Below are positions 8,402-17,010 of a stretch of 64,000 nt of DNA, piece by piece. The DNA is taken from positions 46,854 to 110,853 of the forward strand of contig CAZRVD010000002.1 of assembly GCA_964603545.1 (NCBI GenBank), written 5' to 3'. The stretch comes from an uncultured Candidatus Saccharibacteria bacterium. Lineage in GTDB: Bacteria; Patescibacteriota; Minisyncoccia; Phycocordibacterales; DATDWN01. Every line of letters starts with the position of its first letter. Within the stretch, counting starts at the first letter, position 1. The translations under genes were made by a program, and so were the position numbers. Below the pieces are notes generated by a model that saw only the letters and a program-made list of their open reading frames with translations, had not been told where the DNA came from and did no database searches.

Positions 8402-9613
8402 CTACAATGCGTCTGCCAGGGAGTAAGTAGGACCGAGCATACTAATTGCAAAAAATCCAACACCCACACCGATGAGTATCATAAGCACTGGCTCTATGAT
8501 AGACGACATGTCTTTTGTTTTCTGGTCTACTTCTTCTTCATAAAAAGTCGCCACTCCTAGAAGCATCTCCCCTATCTTTCCCGTTTCTTCCCCCACAGCG
8601 ACCATCTCACCAACAAAAAGCGGGTAGAGTTTGGTGTTTGTATTAAATACTCCAGAAATCGGTTCCCCCTTCTGAATTACATCTTGAATCTTTTCCAAAA
8701 CAGCTTTGTAGTAGGAGTTTTGTATAACATCTTTAGTTATTCCTATAGCTAAAACTATATCTACTCCCGAAGAAAGTAATGAGGAGAGCGTTCGAGCTGT
8801 TCTGGCAGAATTTACCTGTTTTACAATTTCCTTAACGACTGGAATATGCAAGAAAACATAGTCTGACATTCTCTGACCTTTTCTTGTTCTGTAACCTATT
8901 ACTAATAGAAATACGGAAAGAATAGTTCCAAAAATAACAAAAACAAAATAGGACTTTAAGAAACTACTAATGGCGATAATAATACGAGTAGAAAGAGGGA
9001 GTTTTATTCCAAGCCCTATAAACGTAGCGGTGAGAGTTGGCACCATGTATACCATCATCAAAACTCCAATAACTATCATAAGTGAAAAGATGACAGCTGG
9101 GTACATCATCGCTCCTCTTATTTTTTTTGTCAGCAGATATGCTTTCTCCATTTGCACACCAACATTTAGAAGTGACGTAGATAGATTTCCGGACTCTTCT
9201 CCGGCCTTAACCATCGACACAAAAAGAGTAGAAAAAACTTTTGGATAGTTTTTCATTGAGTCACTCAGAGTATTTCCCTTTGTTAGAGACTCATTTAAAC
9301 CAATTAAAACTTTTTTGAAAGCTCCTTTAGATTGACGCTCCAATATGGACAAAGCACGAGTAATAGGAAGACCGGCTTCTGTCATTTTAGAGAGATTTTT
9401 GGCAAAAACGATTTTATCTCGAGTTTTAACCCCTCCAAAAATTGAAGACAGAAATGGGATTGAGAATTCTCTCCTTCCTTTTATTTCCTCAGCGGAAATA
9501 ACTGTAGAGCCATCTTGTTTAAGAGTGTGATAAAGGGCAAATTTATCTTTTGCTTCTAAATCCCCCTCAACAACCTTTCCCTCTTTATTTAAAATTTTGT
9601 AGTGAAATAACAT
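8402..9613 (-). CDS. pilC: Type IV pilus assembly platform protein PilC (GspF family)
   Basis: 403-aa polytopic membrane protein with two GspF-like repeats, directly downstream of the pilB ATPase. Confidence 0.9.
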   Translation of the reverse strand: MLFHYKILNKEGKVVEGDLEAKDKFALYHTLKQDGSTVISAEEIKGRREFSIPFLSSIFGGVKTRDKIVFAKNLSKMTEAGLPITRALSILERQSKGAFKKVLIGLNESLTKGNTLSDSMKNYPKVFSTLFVSMVKAGEESGNLSTSLLNVGVQMEKAYLLTKKIRGAMMYPAVIFSLMIVIGVLMMVYMVPTLTATFIGLGIKLPLSTRIIIAISSFLKSYFVFVIFGTILSVFLLVIGYRTRKGQRMSDYVFLHIPVVKEIVKQVNSARTARTLSSLLSSGVDIVLAIGITKDVIQNSYYKAVLEKIQDVIQKGEPISGVFNTNTKLYPLFVGEMVAVGEETGKIGEMLLGVATFYEEEVDQKTKDMSSIIEPVLMILIGVGVGFFAISMLGPTYSLADAL

Positions 9614-9617
9614 ATTT

Positions 9618-11375
9618 TTATTCGGAAACTACCCGGAGGACTTCTTCGATCGTGGTATAACCCTGCACCGCTTGGAAAATCCCATCCTCTATCATAGTCA
9701 GCATTCCCTCTGCTTCTGCCACTTTTTGTATCTCATCAGATGTCCCGGACTTCAAAATAACCTCTTTAATAGCTGGAGAAACTTTTAAAATCTCGTGGAT
9801 ACCACTTCTTCCTGAAAAAGCCTCGTTTACTGGAACATCTTTTTTGACTCTCCAAAAAGGAACATCTTCCCATTTGTCACTTTTGCCAACAATTTTTTCT
9901 GCTTTTAGTGCATCTAGAACTTTGTCTAGATTGATTGATTTACCAAGGGTGTCGATTTCAGATTTTGTCAGGAAATATTTTTCTTTAAATTCGTTTGTTA
10001 GTTTTCTAACCAGTCTTTGTCCAATAATAATGTTTACGGTAGAAACAATAAGAAAAGGCTCCACTTTCATATCTATAAGTCTCGGTACTGCACCAGCTGC
10101 AGAGTTTGTGTGGAGTGTAGAGAGCACTACATGTCCAGTAAGAGACGCGTTTATCGCCAAACTAGCCGTCTCGTTATCACGAATCTCCCCCACCATGATA
10201 ATATCTGGGTCTTGTCGAACTAAAGTTCGCAGTCCCGATGCAAAAGTAAAACCTATCTCGGGACGAACCTGAGTTTGATTTATTCTTTTCATTTGGTACT
10301 CAATAGGATCTTCAATCGTTGAGATATTTACGTCTGGTGTATTTAATATGTCGAGTACAGTATATAGTGTGGTTGTCTTTCCCGATCCTGTAGGACCTGT
10401 TGTCAAAATCATCCCAGTTGTTGACTTTACCGCTCTATGAATTCTGTCTAAGCCCTCCCCATGAAAAGCCAAGGACTCTAGTGTAAAGCCAGAGACATTT
10501 TCTCGGAGTAATCTCATAACAATTTTCTCACCGTAGTAAGTAGGAAGAGAAGAAACACGGAATGAAACTTTTTCTCCATCTGAATCTATTTTAAATCTTC
10601 CGTCTTGAGGAAGTCTTTTTTCATCAAGTTTAAGTGAGGACAGAACTTTAATACGAGCAGCGATACTTGGCGCCATATTTTTTGGCAAAATCATAGCGTC
10701 GTGAAGTAAACCGTCTATTCTATATCTCACGAGAAGTTCTGCTTCCTGTGGCTCTATATGAATGTCAGAGGCGTTTTGCAAAATTGCATGTTTAAGTAAA
10801 GTATCCACGATTCTAATCATCGGGATATCATCTGCCATCTTCTTCAAATCTTGCTCGTTTAGCTCAGCGCCGTCTGTATTTGAAGGAATACTTTTTATAT
10901 TACTGACATCCTCTGCAATCAAATCACCAAACTCTGCCTTCAAACTTTTTTGATACTGCAAAATTGCACTCTTCATTGAATCGTCATCGGTAAGACGAGG
11001 TAAAATCTTAAGTCCCGTTTTCTTTTTTATAAAATCAATCGCAGTTAAATCTTCGGTATCTAGCATGGCAACTTCCAAACTATTGTCTGACTTTTTGAAA
11101 GCAACAACATTATGATTTCTAGCAATAGGTTCTGGAATAAGAGAGAGAACTTCAAAAGGAAGTTTTTCTTTCTTTAGGTCCACAAAAGGAATACCAAGTA
11201 TGTACGCCTGCATTCTACGAAGATCGTCTTCTGTCAGTTTGCCTTTATTTACCAAAGTTTTACCAATATTCCCCCCTTTTTCTTTGGTTTCTTTTTCGGC
11301 GACCTCAATATCAGCCTTGGAAACAAGACCCGAGTCTAGAATAAAATCTTTTAATTGTTTTTCTTCAATGTGCAT
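9618..11375 (-). CDS. pilB: Type IV pilus assembly ATPase PilB (GspE family)
   Basis: 585 aa. Walker A GPTGSGKTTTLY, GspE N-terminal domain and the conserved His-box region. Confidence 0.9.
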   Translation of the reverse strand: MHIEEKQLKDFILDSGLVSKADIEVAEKETKEKGGNIGKTLVNKGKLTEDDLRRMQAYILGIPFVDLKKEKLPFEVLSLIPEPIARNHNVVAFKKSDNSLEVAMLDTEDLTAIDFIKKKTGLKILPRLTDDDSMKSAILQYQKSLKAEFGDLIAEDVSNIKSIPSNTDGAELNEQDLKKMADDIPMIRIVDTLLKHAILQNASDIHIEPQEAELLVRYRIDGLLHDAMILPKNMAPSIAARIKVLSSLKLDEKRLPQDGRFKIDSDGEKVSFRVSSLPTYYGEKIVMRLLRENVSGFTLESLAFHGEGLDRIHRAVKSTTGMILTTGPTGSGKTTTLYTVLDILNTPDVNISTIEDPIEYQMKRINQTQVRPEIGFTFASGLRTLVRQDPDIIMVGEIRDNETASLAINASLTGHVVLSTLHTNSAAGAVPRLIDMKVEPFLIVSTVNIIIGQRLVRKLTNEFKEKYFLTKSEIDTLGKSINLDKVLDALKAEKIVGKSDKWEDVPFWRVKKDVPVNEAFSGRSGIHEILKVSPAIKEVILKSGTSDEIQKVAEAEGMLTMIEDGIFQAVQGYTTIEEVLRVVSE

Positions 11376-11380
11376 GAGAT

Positions 11381-11480
11381 ACGAAAATTATTCGAACATT
11401 ACGAATGGCTACGAATAATGCGTTTGGCTTTTTCCATTCGCAATCATTCGTTGATTTAAATTATTCGTATATTCGTATGT
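11381..11480. repeat. Array of TACGAA(T)/ATTCGTA heptamer repeats upstream of pilB; shares a 21-mer with the 19625-19760 array
   Basis: GATACGAAAATTATTCGAACATTACGAATGGCTACGAATAATG...CATTCGCAATCATTCGTTG...ATTCGTATATTCGTATG. The string ATTACGAATGGCTACGAATAAT recurs inverted at 19696-19717. Confidence 0.7.
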
Positions 11481-11540
11481 TTATCTTAATTATACCAAAA
11501 TTAAAATCTTATTTCACAAAAAATGTGTAAAAGATTATTA

Positions 11541-11569
11541 TTGACTAAATTTGTAAATTAGATTAGACT
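11541..11569 (+). promoter_or_regulatory. Sigma70-like promoter (TTGACT-17-TAGACT) driving the downstream structured RNA
   Basis: -35 TTGACT at 11541-11546, a 17-bp spacer, then -10 TAGACT at 11564-11569. Confidence 0.45.
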
Positions 11570-11576
11570 CATTTAT

Positions 11577-11878
11577 GAAACAGTTCTTGGTTCGCCGGCG
11601 ATGGGTCTGCCAACTCAGGTGTGGTGGCTCACCCTGGCCACCGTGAGCGACTAACCGCTCAAAACAGGATCAAAATCTTGAACAGACCCATCGCTTTCCG
11701 CCCGCAAGTTTCAAGCGGGTGGGTCCGACCGGTTCATGGTTTCCAGATCTATGGGTAAAAGTCCGGGTCGACATTGTGTCGTCGCCCCGGCTTTTCGTTT
11801 ATTTGACAAAAAGATTGCTTGGGTGTATTATGGTGTTATTGAAGTTCGCCCACCAGGGCGGGCTCGTTTTTTTACCGG
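11577..11878 (+). ncRNA. Structured GC-rich RNA with own promoter and intrinsic terminator; candidate nusA leader/attenuator or unassigned ncRNA
   Basis: ~300 nt markedly GC-rich. Long-range complement GATGGGTCTG (11601-10) / CAGACCCATC (11682-91). Hairpins CCCGC-AAGTTTCAA-GCGGG and GGTGGC-TCACCCTG-GCCACC with an alternative GCTCAC/GTGAGC pairing. It ends in the terminator GCCCACCAGGGCGGGCTCGTTTTTTT. Only random-looking ORFs overlap it. Confidence 0.4.
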
Positions 11879-11953
11879 AGGTAAAAAAACAATTAAACAG
11901 CTTTACCTAAGCCCTGTTTAGGTAGAAATAAATTAAAATTAAATATAACTAAT

Positions 11954-13105
11954 ATGATTGATTTAAAAGTGGTCAGTTCAGTACTAGCCCAATTAGAAGA
12001 AGAACGAGGAATACCTAAGGAGAAAATTCTTGAGGCTATTGAACTTGCCCTAGCTACTGCGTACAAAAAAGAGTACGGTAAAAAAGGGCAAATAATCCGA
12101 GCGAAATTCGATGTGAATTCTGGAAAAACTGAAATGTTTCAGGTTAAAAAGGTAGTGGATGACACTACTGTTGTTATGGACGAAGACGACCTTCCTGAAT
12201 TTGATCCTTTGACAGCAGAGACAGAAGCTACGATCGAACTGTACAACCCTGAACATCATATAATGATAGACAATGCTAGAAAGATAAAGAAAAACGTGGC
12301 TCTAGGAGAAGAAATGATTTTTCCTCTTGAAGCTCAAGACGACTACAGTAGAATTGCCGCTCAAACAGCTAAGCAGGTCATTATGCAGAAAATCCGCGAA
12401 GCGGAGAAAGTCTCTATTATGTCTCAATACGGACAACGTGAGGGAGAAATAGTCACTGGTACAGTACAAAGAATAGAGAGAGGAAATATATTTATAGACA
12501 TGGGACGAGCTACAGGACTTTTGCCTTATGAAGAGCAAATCCCTGGAGAGAGGTTCGGTCAAGGAGAAAGGGTTCGAGCATACCTATATAGAGTAGAAGA
12601 GTCTGGGAAGGGCGTATTCCTGCGACTTTCTCGCTCACATCCAAAGTTTCTAGAAAAACTTTTTGAAGCAGAGGCACCAGAAATAGCAAACGGCACTGTA
12701 ATAGTAAAATCTGTTGCCAGAGAAGCAGGATCACGAACAAAAATCGCGGTTAGTTCTGTTGATTCACACATAGACCCTGTAGGTTCTATGGTTGGCCAGC
12801 GTGGTGTTCGTGTTTCAACTGTTATGTCTGAACTCGGTGGAGAGAAAATAGATATTATAGAATGGAACGAAGACCCAAAGAAATTTATTGAAGACGCACT
12901 TTCCCCTGCTAAAACATTGGAAGTAAAAGTGAACGAAGCAGAAAAACAAGCGACAGTTACAGTATCTGAAGACCAACAGTCACTAGCCATTGGTAAGGGA
13001 GGACAAAATGTTCGCCTAGCTGCAAAACTAACTGGTTGGAAAATAGACATCCAATCTGCACAAAAAGATGAGTCAGCAACATCTGAGGAAGTTTCTGCTG
13101 AATAA
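11954..13105 (+). CDS. nusA: Transcription termination/antitermination factor NusA
   Basis: 383 aa. NusA N-terminal domain (EALELALATAYKK), S1 domain and KH domains. Confidence 0.95.
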   Translation: MIDLKVVSSVLAQLEEERGIPKEKILEAIELALATAYKKEYGKKGQIIRAKFDVNSGKTEMFQVKKVVDDTTVVMDEDDLPEFDPLTAETEATIELYNPEHHIMIDNARKIKKNVALGEEMIFPLEAQDDYSRIAAQTAKQVIMQKIREAEKVSIMSQYGQREGEIVTGTVQRIERGNIFIDMGRATGLLPYEEQIPGERFGQGERVRAYLYRVEESGKGVFLRLSRSHPKFLEKLFEAEAPEIANGTVIVKSVAREAGSRTKIAVSSVDSHIDPVGSMVGQRGVRVSTVMSELGGEKIDIIEWNEDPKKFIEDALSPAKTLEVKVNEAEKQATVTVSEDQQSLAIGKGGQNVRLAAKLTGWKIDIQSAQKDESATSEEVSAE

Positions 13106-13149
13106 TTGTGATAGTATTAATTCAATATTTAATAAAACAAAAAAATAAT

Positions 13150-13671
13150 ATGAATTTGATAAAGGAGATAGATCCAGGAACAGCCGATAAAATAAATGTC
13201 ATTATTGAAATAAATAAAGGCTCAAAAAATAAGTATGAAATAGACAAACAGACTGGCCTTATTATGTTAGATAGAGCTATGCACACTACCCAAGACTACC
13301 CTTTTGACTATGGTTTCGTTCCTCAAACACTCTGGGATGATGGAGACCCTCTTGATGTCCTAGTTCTTACTACTTACCCACTATTTCCAGGTATTTTAGT
13401 GAAAGTTAGACCTGTTGCAATAGTAAACATGGTGGATGATGGAGAATCAGATGCAAAAATCATTGCTGTACCAGTAAAGGACCCTCGTTTTGATGAGATA
13501 AAAGATATTGGAGATATAAACAAACATACACTAAAAGAAATTGAACACTTCTACAAAACCTACAAAGATTTACAAAATAAAGTTGTAGTGATAAATGGAA
13601 TAGACGGAGCGGATAAAGCGAAAGAAGCTTTTGAAAAAGCCCTGGCTAACTATAAAAAGGCCGGGAAATAA
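13150..13671 (+). CDS. ppa: Inorganic pyrophosphatase (family I)
   Basis: YEIDKQTGLIMLDR, DYGFVPQT and DGDPLDVLVL motifs. The track ORF starts at 13108, but the conserved N-terminus begins at the ATG at 13150. Confidence 0.9.
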   Translation: MNLIKEIDPGTADKINVIIEINKGSKNKYEIDKQTGLIMLDRAMHTTQDYPFDYGFVPQTLWDDGDPLDVLVLTTYPLFPGILVKVRPVAIVNMVDDGESDAKIIAVPVKDPRFDEIKDIGDINKHTLKEIEHFYKTYKDLQNKVVVINGIDGADKAKEAFEKALANYKKAGK

Positions 13672-13693
13672 TAAGCACTCCAGTAATTAACAT

Positions 13694-13740
13694 AACAAAA
13701 TTCTGTACTATGTTGTAGTACAGGATTTTGTTATATACTT
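13694..13740 (+). terminator. Rho-independent terminator after ppa
   Basis: 18-bp near-perfect stem AACAAAATTCTGTACTAT / GTAGTACAGGATTTTGTT with loop GTT, followed by a T-rich tail. Confidence 0.7.
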
Positions 13741-13778
13741 ATATCTATAATAATTATTAAGAATAATAATCAACATAG

Positions 13779-14567
13779 ATGAAAAAATTTATATTAAATT
13801 CTCTAGTAATTGCAGTTGCTCTAAGTGGAGCCGTCACTGCCTTTGCAGAAGAAACGAGTAATACTTCTGTCAGACCTAATCCATTAAAGGCATTGATGGA
13901 GGCTCAAAAAAATACCAGGGAAGAAACCAGGGAGAAAATGCAAGACGTAAGAGAAAATCGTGCCAGCACAACTAAGGCTATTAAAGATGATGCCAAAGAA
14001 AGAATGTTGGATCTAAAAGCTAAAATGGCCAGTTCATCTACTGAAAGAAAAGAGGATAGGGAAGAAAAAATGGAAGAAAGACGAGAAGATAGAATAGAAC
14101 TCATAAAAAGAATGATCGGAGATCGTTTTAGAAAAATGTTCATGCGCTTCCAGGCAACAATAGACCGAGAGACTAAGATTATGACAAAGATTAACACTCG
14201 AATAGAAAAGGTTAAGACAGCAGGAGGAAATACAACAAATGCAGAAAAATTCACAGCTGAAGCAAAAGTTCATCTTGGTGAAGCTCAAACCGCTCTTGAT
14301 ATGTTAAAAGTTATGGCCACAAGTACTGCAGAGATTGACGCTCAACTACTAGCAACGACTACAAGTCCAGGAACAGTAACAAAAGGAACTTTGCAGAAAA
14401 TGAAAGGTGTAACAGAACAAATAGAAAAACATTTAAAAGAAGCTCATAAAGCTCTGGAAAATGCTCTGAAAAATCTACGAGGAATGTCATCCGTTAACGC
14501 AAATGCAACCACAACTACTCCCGCAAACACAGGAACATCAACAACCGCGACAACAACAAATAATTAA
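13779..14567 (+). CDS. Hypothetical secreted coiled-coil protein (K/E/R-rich) with signal peptide
   Basis: 262 aa. Signal peptide LVIAVALSGAVTAFA, a highly charged heptad-like middle, and a Thr-rich C-terminus. Confidence 0.5.
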   Translation: MKKFILNSLVIAVALSGAVTAFAEETSNTSVRPNPLKALMEAQKNTREETREKMQDVRENRASTTKAIKDDAKERMLDLKAKMASSSTERKEDREEKMEERREDRIELIKRMIGDRFRKMFMRFQATIDRETKIMTKINTRIEKVKTAGGNTTNAEKFTAEAKVHLGEAQTALDMLKVMATSTAEIDAQLLATTTSPGTVTKGTLQKMKGVTEQIEKHLKEAHKALENALKNLRGMSSVNANATTTTPANTGTSTTATTTNN

Positions 14568-14587
14568 AAAAATAATAATAAAATAAT

Positions 14588-14941
14588 ATGAACGAAAACA
14601 TGCAACCAAACAACGCACCATTAAACAATATGCCGGTAGATAACGTATCCGTAAATAATTCACCTGAAAATAAGTCATCAATAGGCTCTATAATAGGAAC
14701 GATAATAGTAATCGCTATTATTATCTTGGGTGGACTTTATTTCTGGGGTAAAAGAATAGATGAAGCAAAAATGACTCAGGATTTAGTTACGGGTGAAAAT
14801 GCAGATACCGTGGTGAATGAATCTAATGACAACTTGGAAGCAAATTCAATAAAGAGTGTTAGTGGTGCGGATGATTTAAACTCAATAGAAGCAGACTTAA
14901 AAGGAACTAATACTACTAACCTTGCTCCAGAATTAGAGTAA
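14588..14941 (+). CDS. Hypothetical small membrane protein
   Basis: 117 aa with a single TM helix (IGSIIGTIIVIAIIILGGLYFWG). Confidence 0.45.
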   Translation: MNENMQPNNAPLNNMPVDNVSVNNSPENKSSIGSIIGTIIVIAIIILGGLYFWGKRIDEAKMTQDLVTGENADTVVNESNDNLEANSIKSVSGADDLNSIEADLKGTNTTNLAPELE

Positions 14942-14990
14942 AACTTCCAAATTTGGCTGATTGTTAAAAACCACTTATAGTGGTTTTTGC
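14942..14990 (+). repeat. Minimal version of the post-stop element: AACTTCCAAATTTGGC palindrome box plus terminator hairpin
   Basis: TAA-AACTTCCAAATTTGGCTGATTGTTAAAAACCACT-TAT-AGTGGTTTTTGC. The first 16 nt are identical to copy A in sense. The hairpin AAAACCACT/AGTGGTTTT is followed by a U-run. Confidence 0.7.
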
Positions 14991-15026
14991 ATTATATTTG
15001 CTAAAATACGCCTAATAATATAGACT

Positions 15027-16103
15027 TTGCTCATGTCAAAACACTATAAAGATGTAAAGATTACTCCTCTTCCAGAGAGAGAACTTGAAATAATAGGAAC
15101 AATTACTGCTGAGAAAATGAGTTTAATGCGAGAAAAAGCTTTAAAAAAACTCAAAGAATCTGTGGAACTCCCTGGGTTTAGAAAAGGAAACGCTCCCGAT
15201 AGTTTGGTGGCACAGAAAATAGGTGAGGGAACGCTCTTGGAAGAAGCTGCGGAAATAGCTCTTACGGAGGAATACCCGAGTATTTTAGAAGAACACAAAA
15301 TAGATGCTATTGGCAGACCAGAAATCACAATTACTAAAATTGGGCTTGGAAGTGATATGGAGTTTAAAATAAAAACTTCACTTATGCCAGAAGTTAAACT
15401 TGGAAATTACAAAAAAGTAGCTAGTAACCAGAATCTAGCATCTGGGGAAGAAAAGATTATAGTTCTAGATAAAGAAGTAGAGGACGTCATTGAGAATATT
15501 AGACAAAACCTGGCTCACGAAAAAGTTCACGCTGAGGCTGGTGGAGGCCATGAGCATAAGCACAGAAAAATTGAAGACAGTGACTTGCCTGAGGTAAATG
15601 ACGAGTTTGCAAAAATGCTTGGAAACTTTGAAAGTTTGGATGAAATGAAATCTAAAATCAAAGAAAATATTGTTAAAGAGAAAGAACTTAAGGCCAAAGA
15701 CAAAAGACGAACAGATATTTTGGAAAAAATAATGTTGGACTCAAAAATAGACCTGCCTAAAATTATTGTAGAAGGTGAAATGGAAAAAATGCTAGCACAG
15801 TTTAAGGACGACATTGCAAAAAGTGGAATCTCTTACGAAGATTATTTGAAACATATAAAGAAAACCGAGAATGACCTAAGAGCTGAATGGAAAGAACCTG
15901 CCCTGAAACGTGCAAAGTCCCAAGTAATACTAAACACGATTGCAAAAGAAGAAGGTATTGCTCCTAAAGAAGAAGACATCAAGAGAGAAATGGAAAACAT
16001 CCTAGCAAACTACAAAGAAGCAGATCGTTTCCGAGTGAGAATGTATGTGGAGACTTTTCTGACGAACGAACTAGTATTCCAATTTCTGGAAACACAAGTT
16101 TAA
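15027..16103 (+). CDS. tig: Trigger factor (short form)
   Basis: 358 aa. N-terminal ribosome-binding motif PGFRKGNAP. It sits upstream of clpP, the usual tig-clpP synteny. Confidence 0.8.
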   Translation: MLMSKHYKDVKITPLPERELEIIGTITAEKMSLMREKALKKLKESVELPGFRKGNAPDSLVAQKIGEGTLLEEAAEIALTEEYPSILEEHKIDAIGRPEITITKIGLGSDMEFKIKTSLMPEVKLGNYKKVASNQNLASGEEKIIVLDKEVEDVIENIRQNLAHEKVHAEAGGGHEHKHRKIEDSDLPEVNDEFAKMLGNFESLDEMKSKIKENIVKEKELKAKDKRRTDILEKIMLDSKIDLPKIIVEGEMEKMLAQFKDDIAKSGISYEDYLKHIKKTENDLRAEWKEPALKRAKSQVILNTIAKEEGIAPKEEDIKREMENILANYKEADRFRVRMYVETFLTNELVFQFLETQV

Positions 16104-16258
16104 AATCTCTTTCTCACCAAAACCTTTTCAGAGACATAAATTTTTCCAGCGAAAAATTTATTCTAGTCCTCGGTCTTGATTCGTCAAGAACGGGGTGCCT
16201 TGACGAAACCAGCTCAAGACCTGTGGATGCTCTAAAAAGGTTTTGGTTCAACGAGATT

Positions 16259-16963
16259 TTAAAGAATCAGCAGTGAAGAAATAGCGATTGCAGCTGTTTC
16301 TGCGCGGAGGATTTGGGAGCCGAGGGAGATGGCTGGAACATTGTAGGATTTAAAAAGAGCAATTTCTTTTGGGCTAAATCCCCCTTCTGGACCAACAAAA
16401 ACAGCAAAGGAATGAACACTACTTAGTCCTGAAATGTATTTGTGAAAGGAATCTCCTTCTGGGTGAAGAACTATTTTTTCTTGTGGGAGAATTCCTTTTT
16501 GAAAAACTTCTTCGATTTTCATAACTTCATGTAAAACAGGAACATCTCCCCTACCGGACTGCTCTGAAGCTTCCACCAAAATTTTATTTAATCTCTCCAT
16601 ATTTAATTTTCTTTTTTCACTGTGTTCACAGAGAATCGGAATGATACCGTTTACACCAAGCTCAGTAACCTTTTGAGCGATAAGTTCAAAATTATCTTTC
16701 TTGACTAGTGCCATGCAAAGCCAGACATTTTTTCTCGGAGCAGAGTCTGTTTTCTTTTCTTTAAACACTTCAAGAGTTGCACCAAGATTTCGTAAAGATG
16801 TGATCATGCACAGATAGTCAGTCCCAGAGCCGTCAAAAAGAATAACCTGACTTCCAACATTGTAACGAAAAACGCTTTTCCATTGGTGAATAAGATCCCG
16901 ATCGGTGAGATCAAATGATTTGCTCCCTATTGGAGTATTTGTATAAAACCTATGCAACCTCAT
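16259..16963 (-). CDS. rsmE: 16S rRNA (uracil1498-N3)-methyltransferase RsmE
   Basis: 234 aa. MRLHRFY N-terminus, PUA-like N-domain and SPOUT C-domain (LCMALVKKDNFELIAQKVTELGVNGIIPI). Confidence 0.75.
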   Translation of the reverse strand: MRLHRFYTNTPIGSKSFDLTDRDLIHQWKSVFRYNVGSQVILFDGSGTDYLCMITSLRNLGATLEVFKEKKTDSAPRKNVWLCMALVKKDNFELIAQKVTELGVNGIIPILCEHSEKRKLNMERLNKILVEASEQSGRGDVPVLHEVMKIEEVFQKGILPQEKIVLHPEGDSFHKYISGLSSVHSFAVFVGPEGGFSPKEIALFKSYNVPAISLGSQILRAETAAIAISSLLIL

Positions 16964-17010
16964 AAAAATAATTATATATTAAAACGATGGGGATGGCTTG
17001 TGGCCATCCC

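Noticed and set aside
11577-11878. Assigning the nusA-upstream RNA to RNase P RNA
   Set aside because: An AAAGTCCGGG stretch resembles the P4 5' strand, but it lies in the 3' half. An ACAGA-CCC-like stretch lies upstream of it. That order is the reverse of what RNase P requires, and the other conserved regions were not found.
11719-11921. ORFs 11719-11910 and 11736-11921 (61-63 aa)
   Set aside because: They are overlapping alternative frames inside the GC-rich structured leader or ncRNA upstream of nusA, with no RBS or coding signature.
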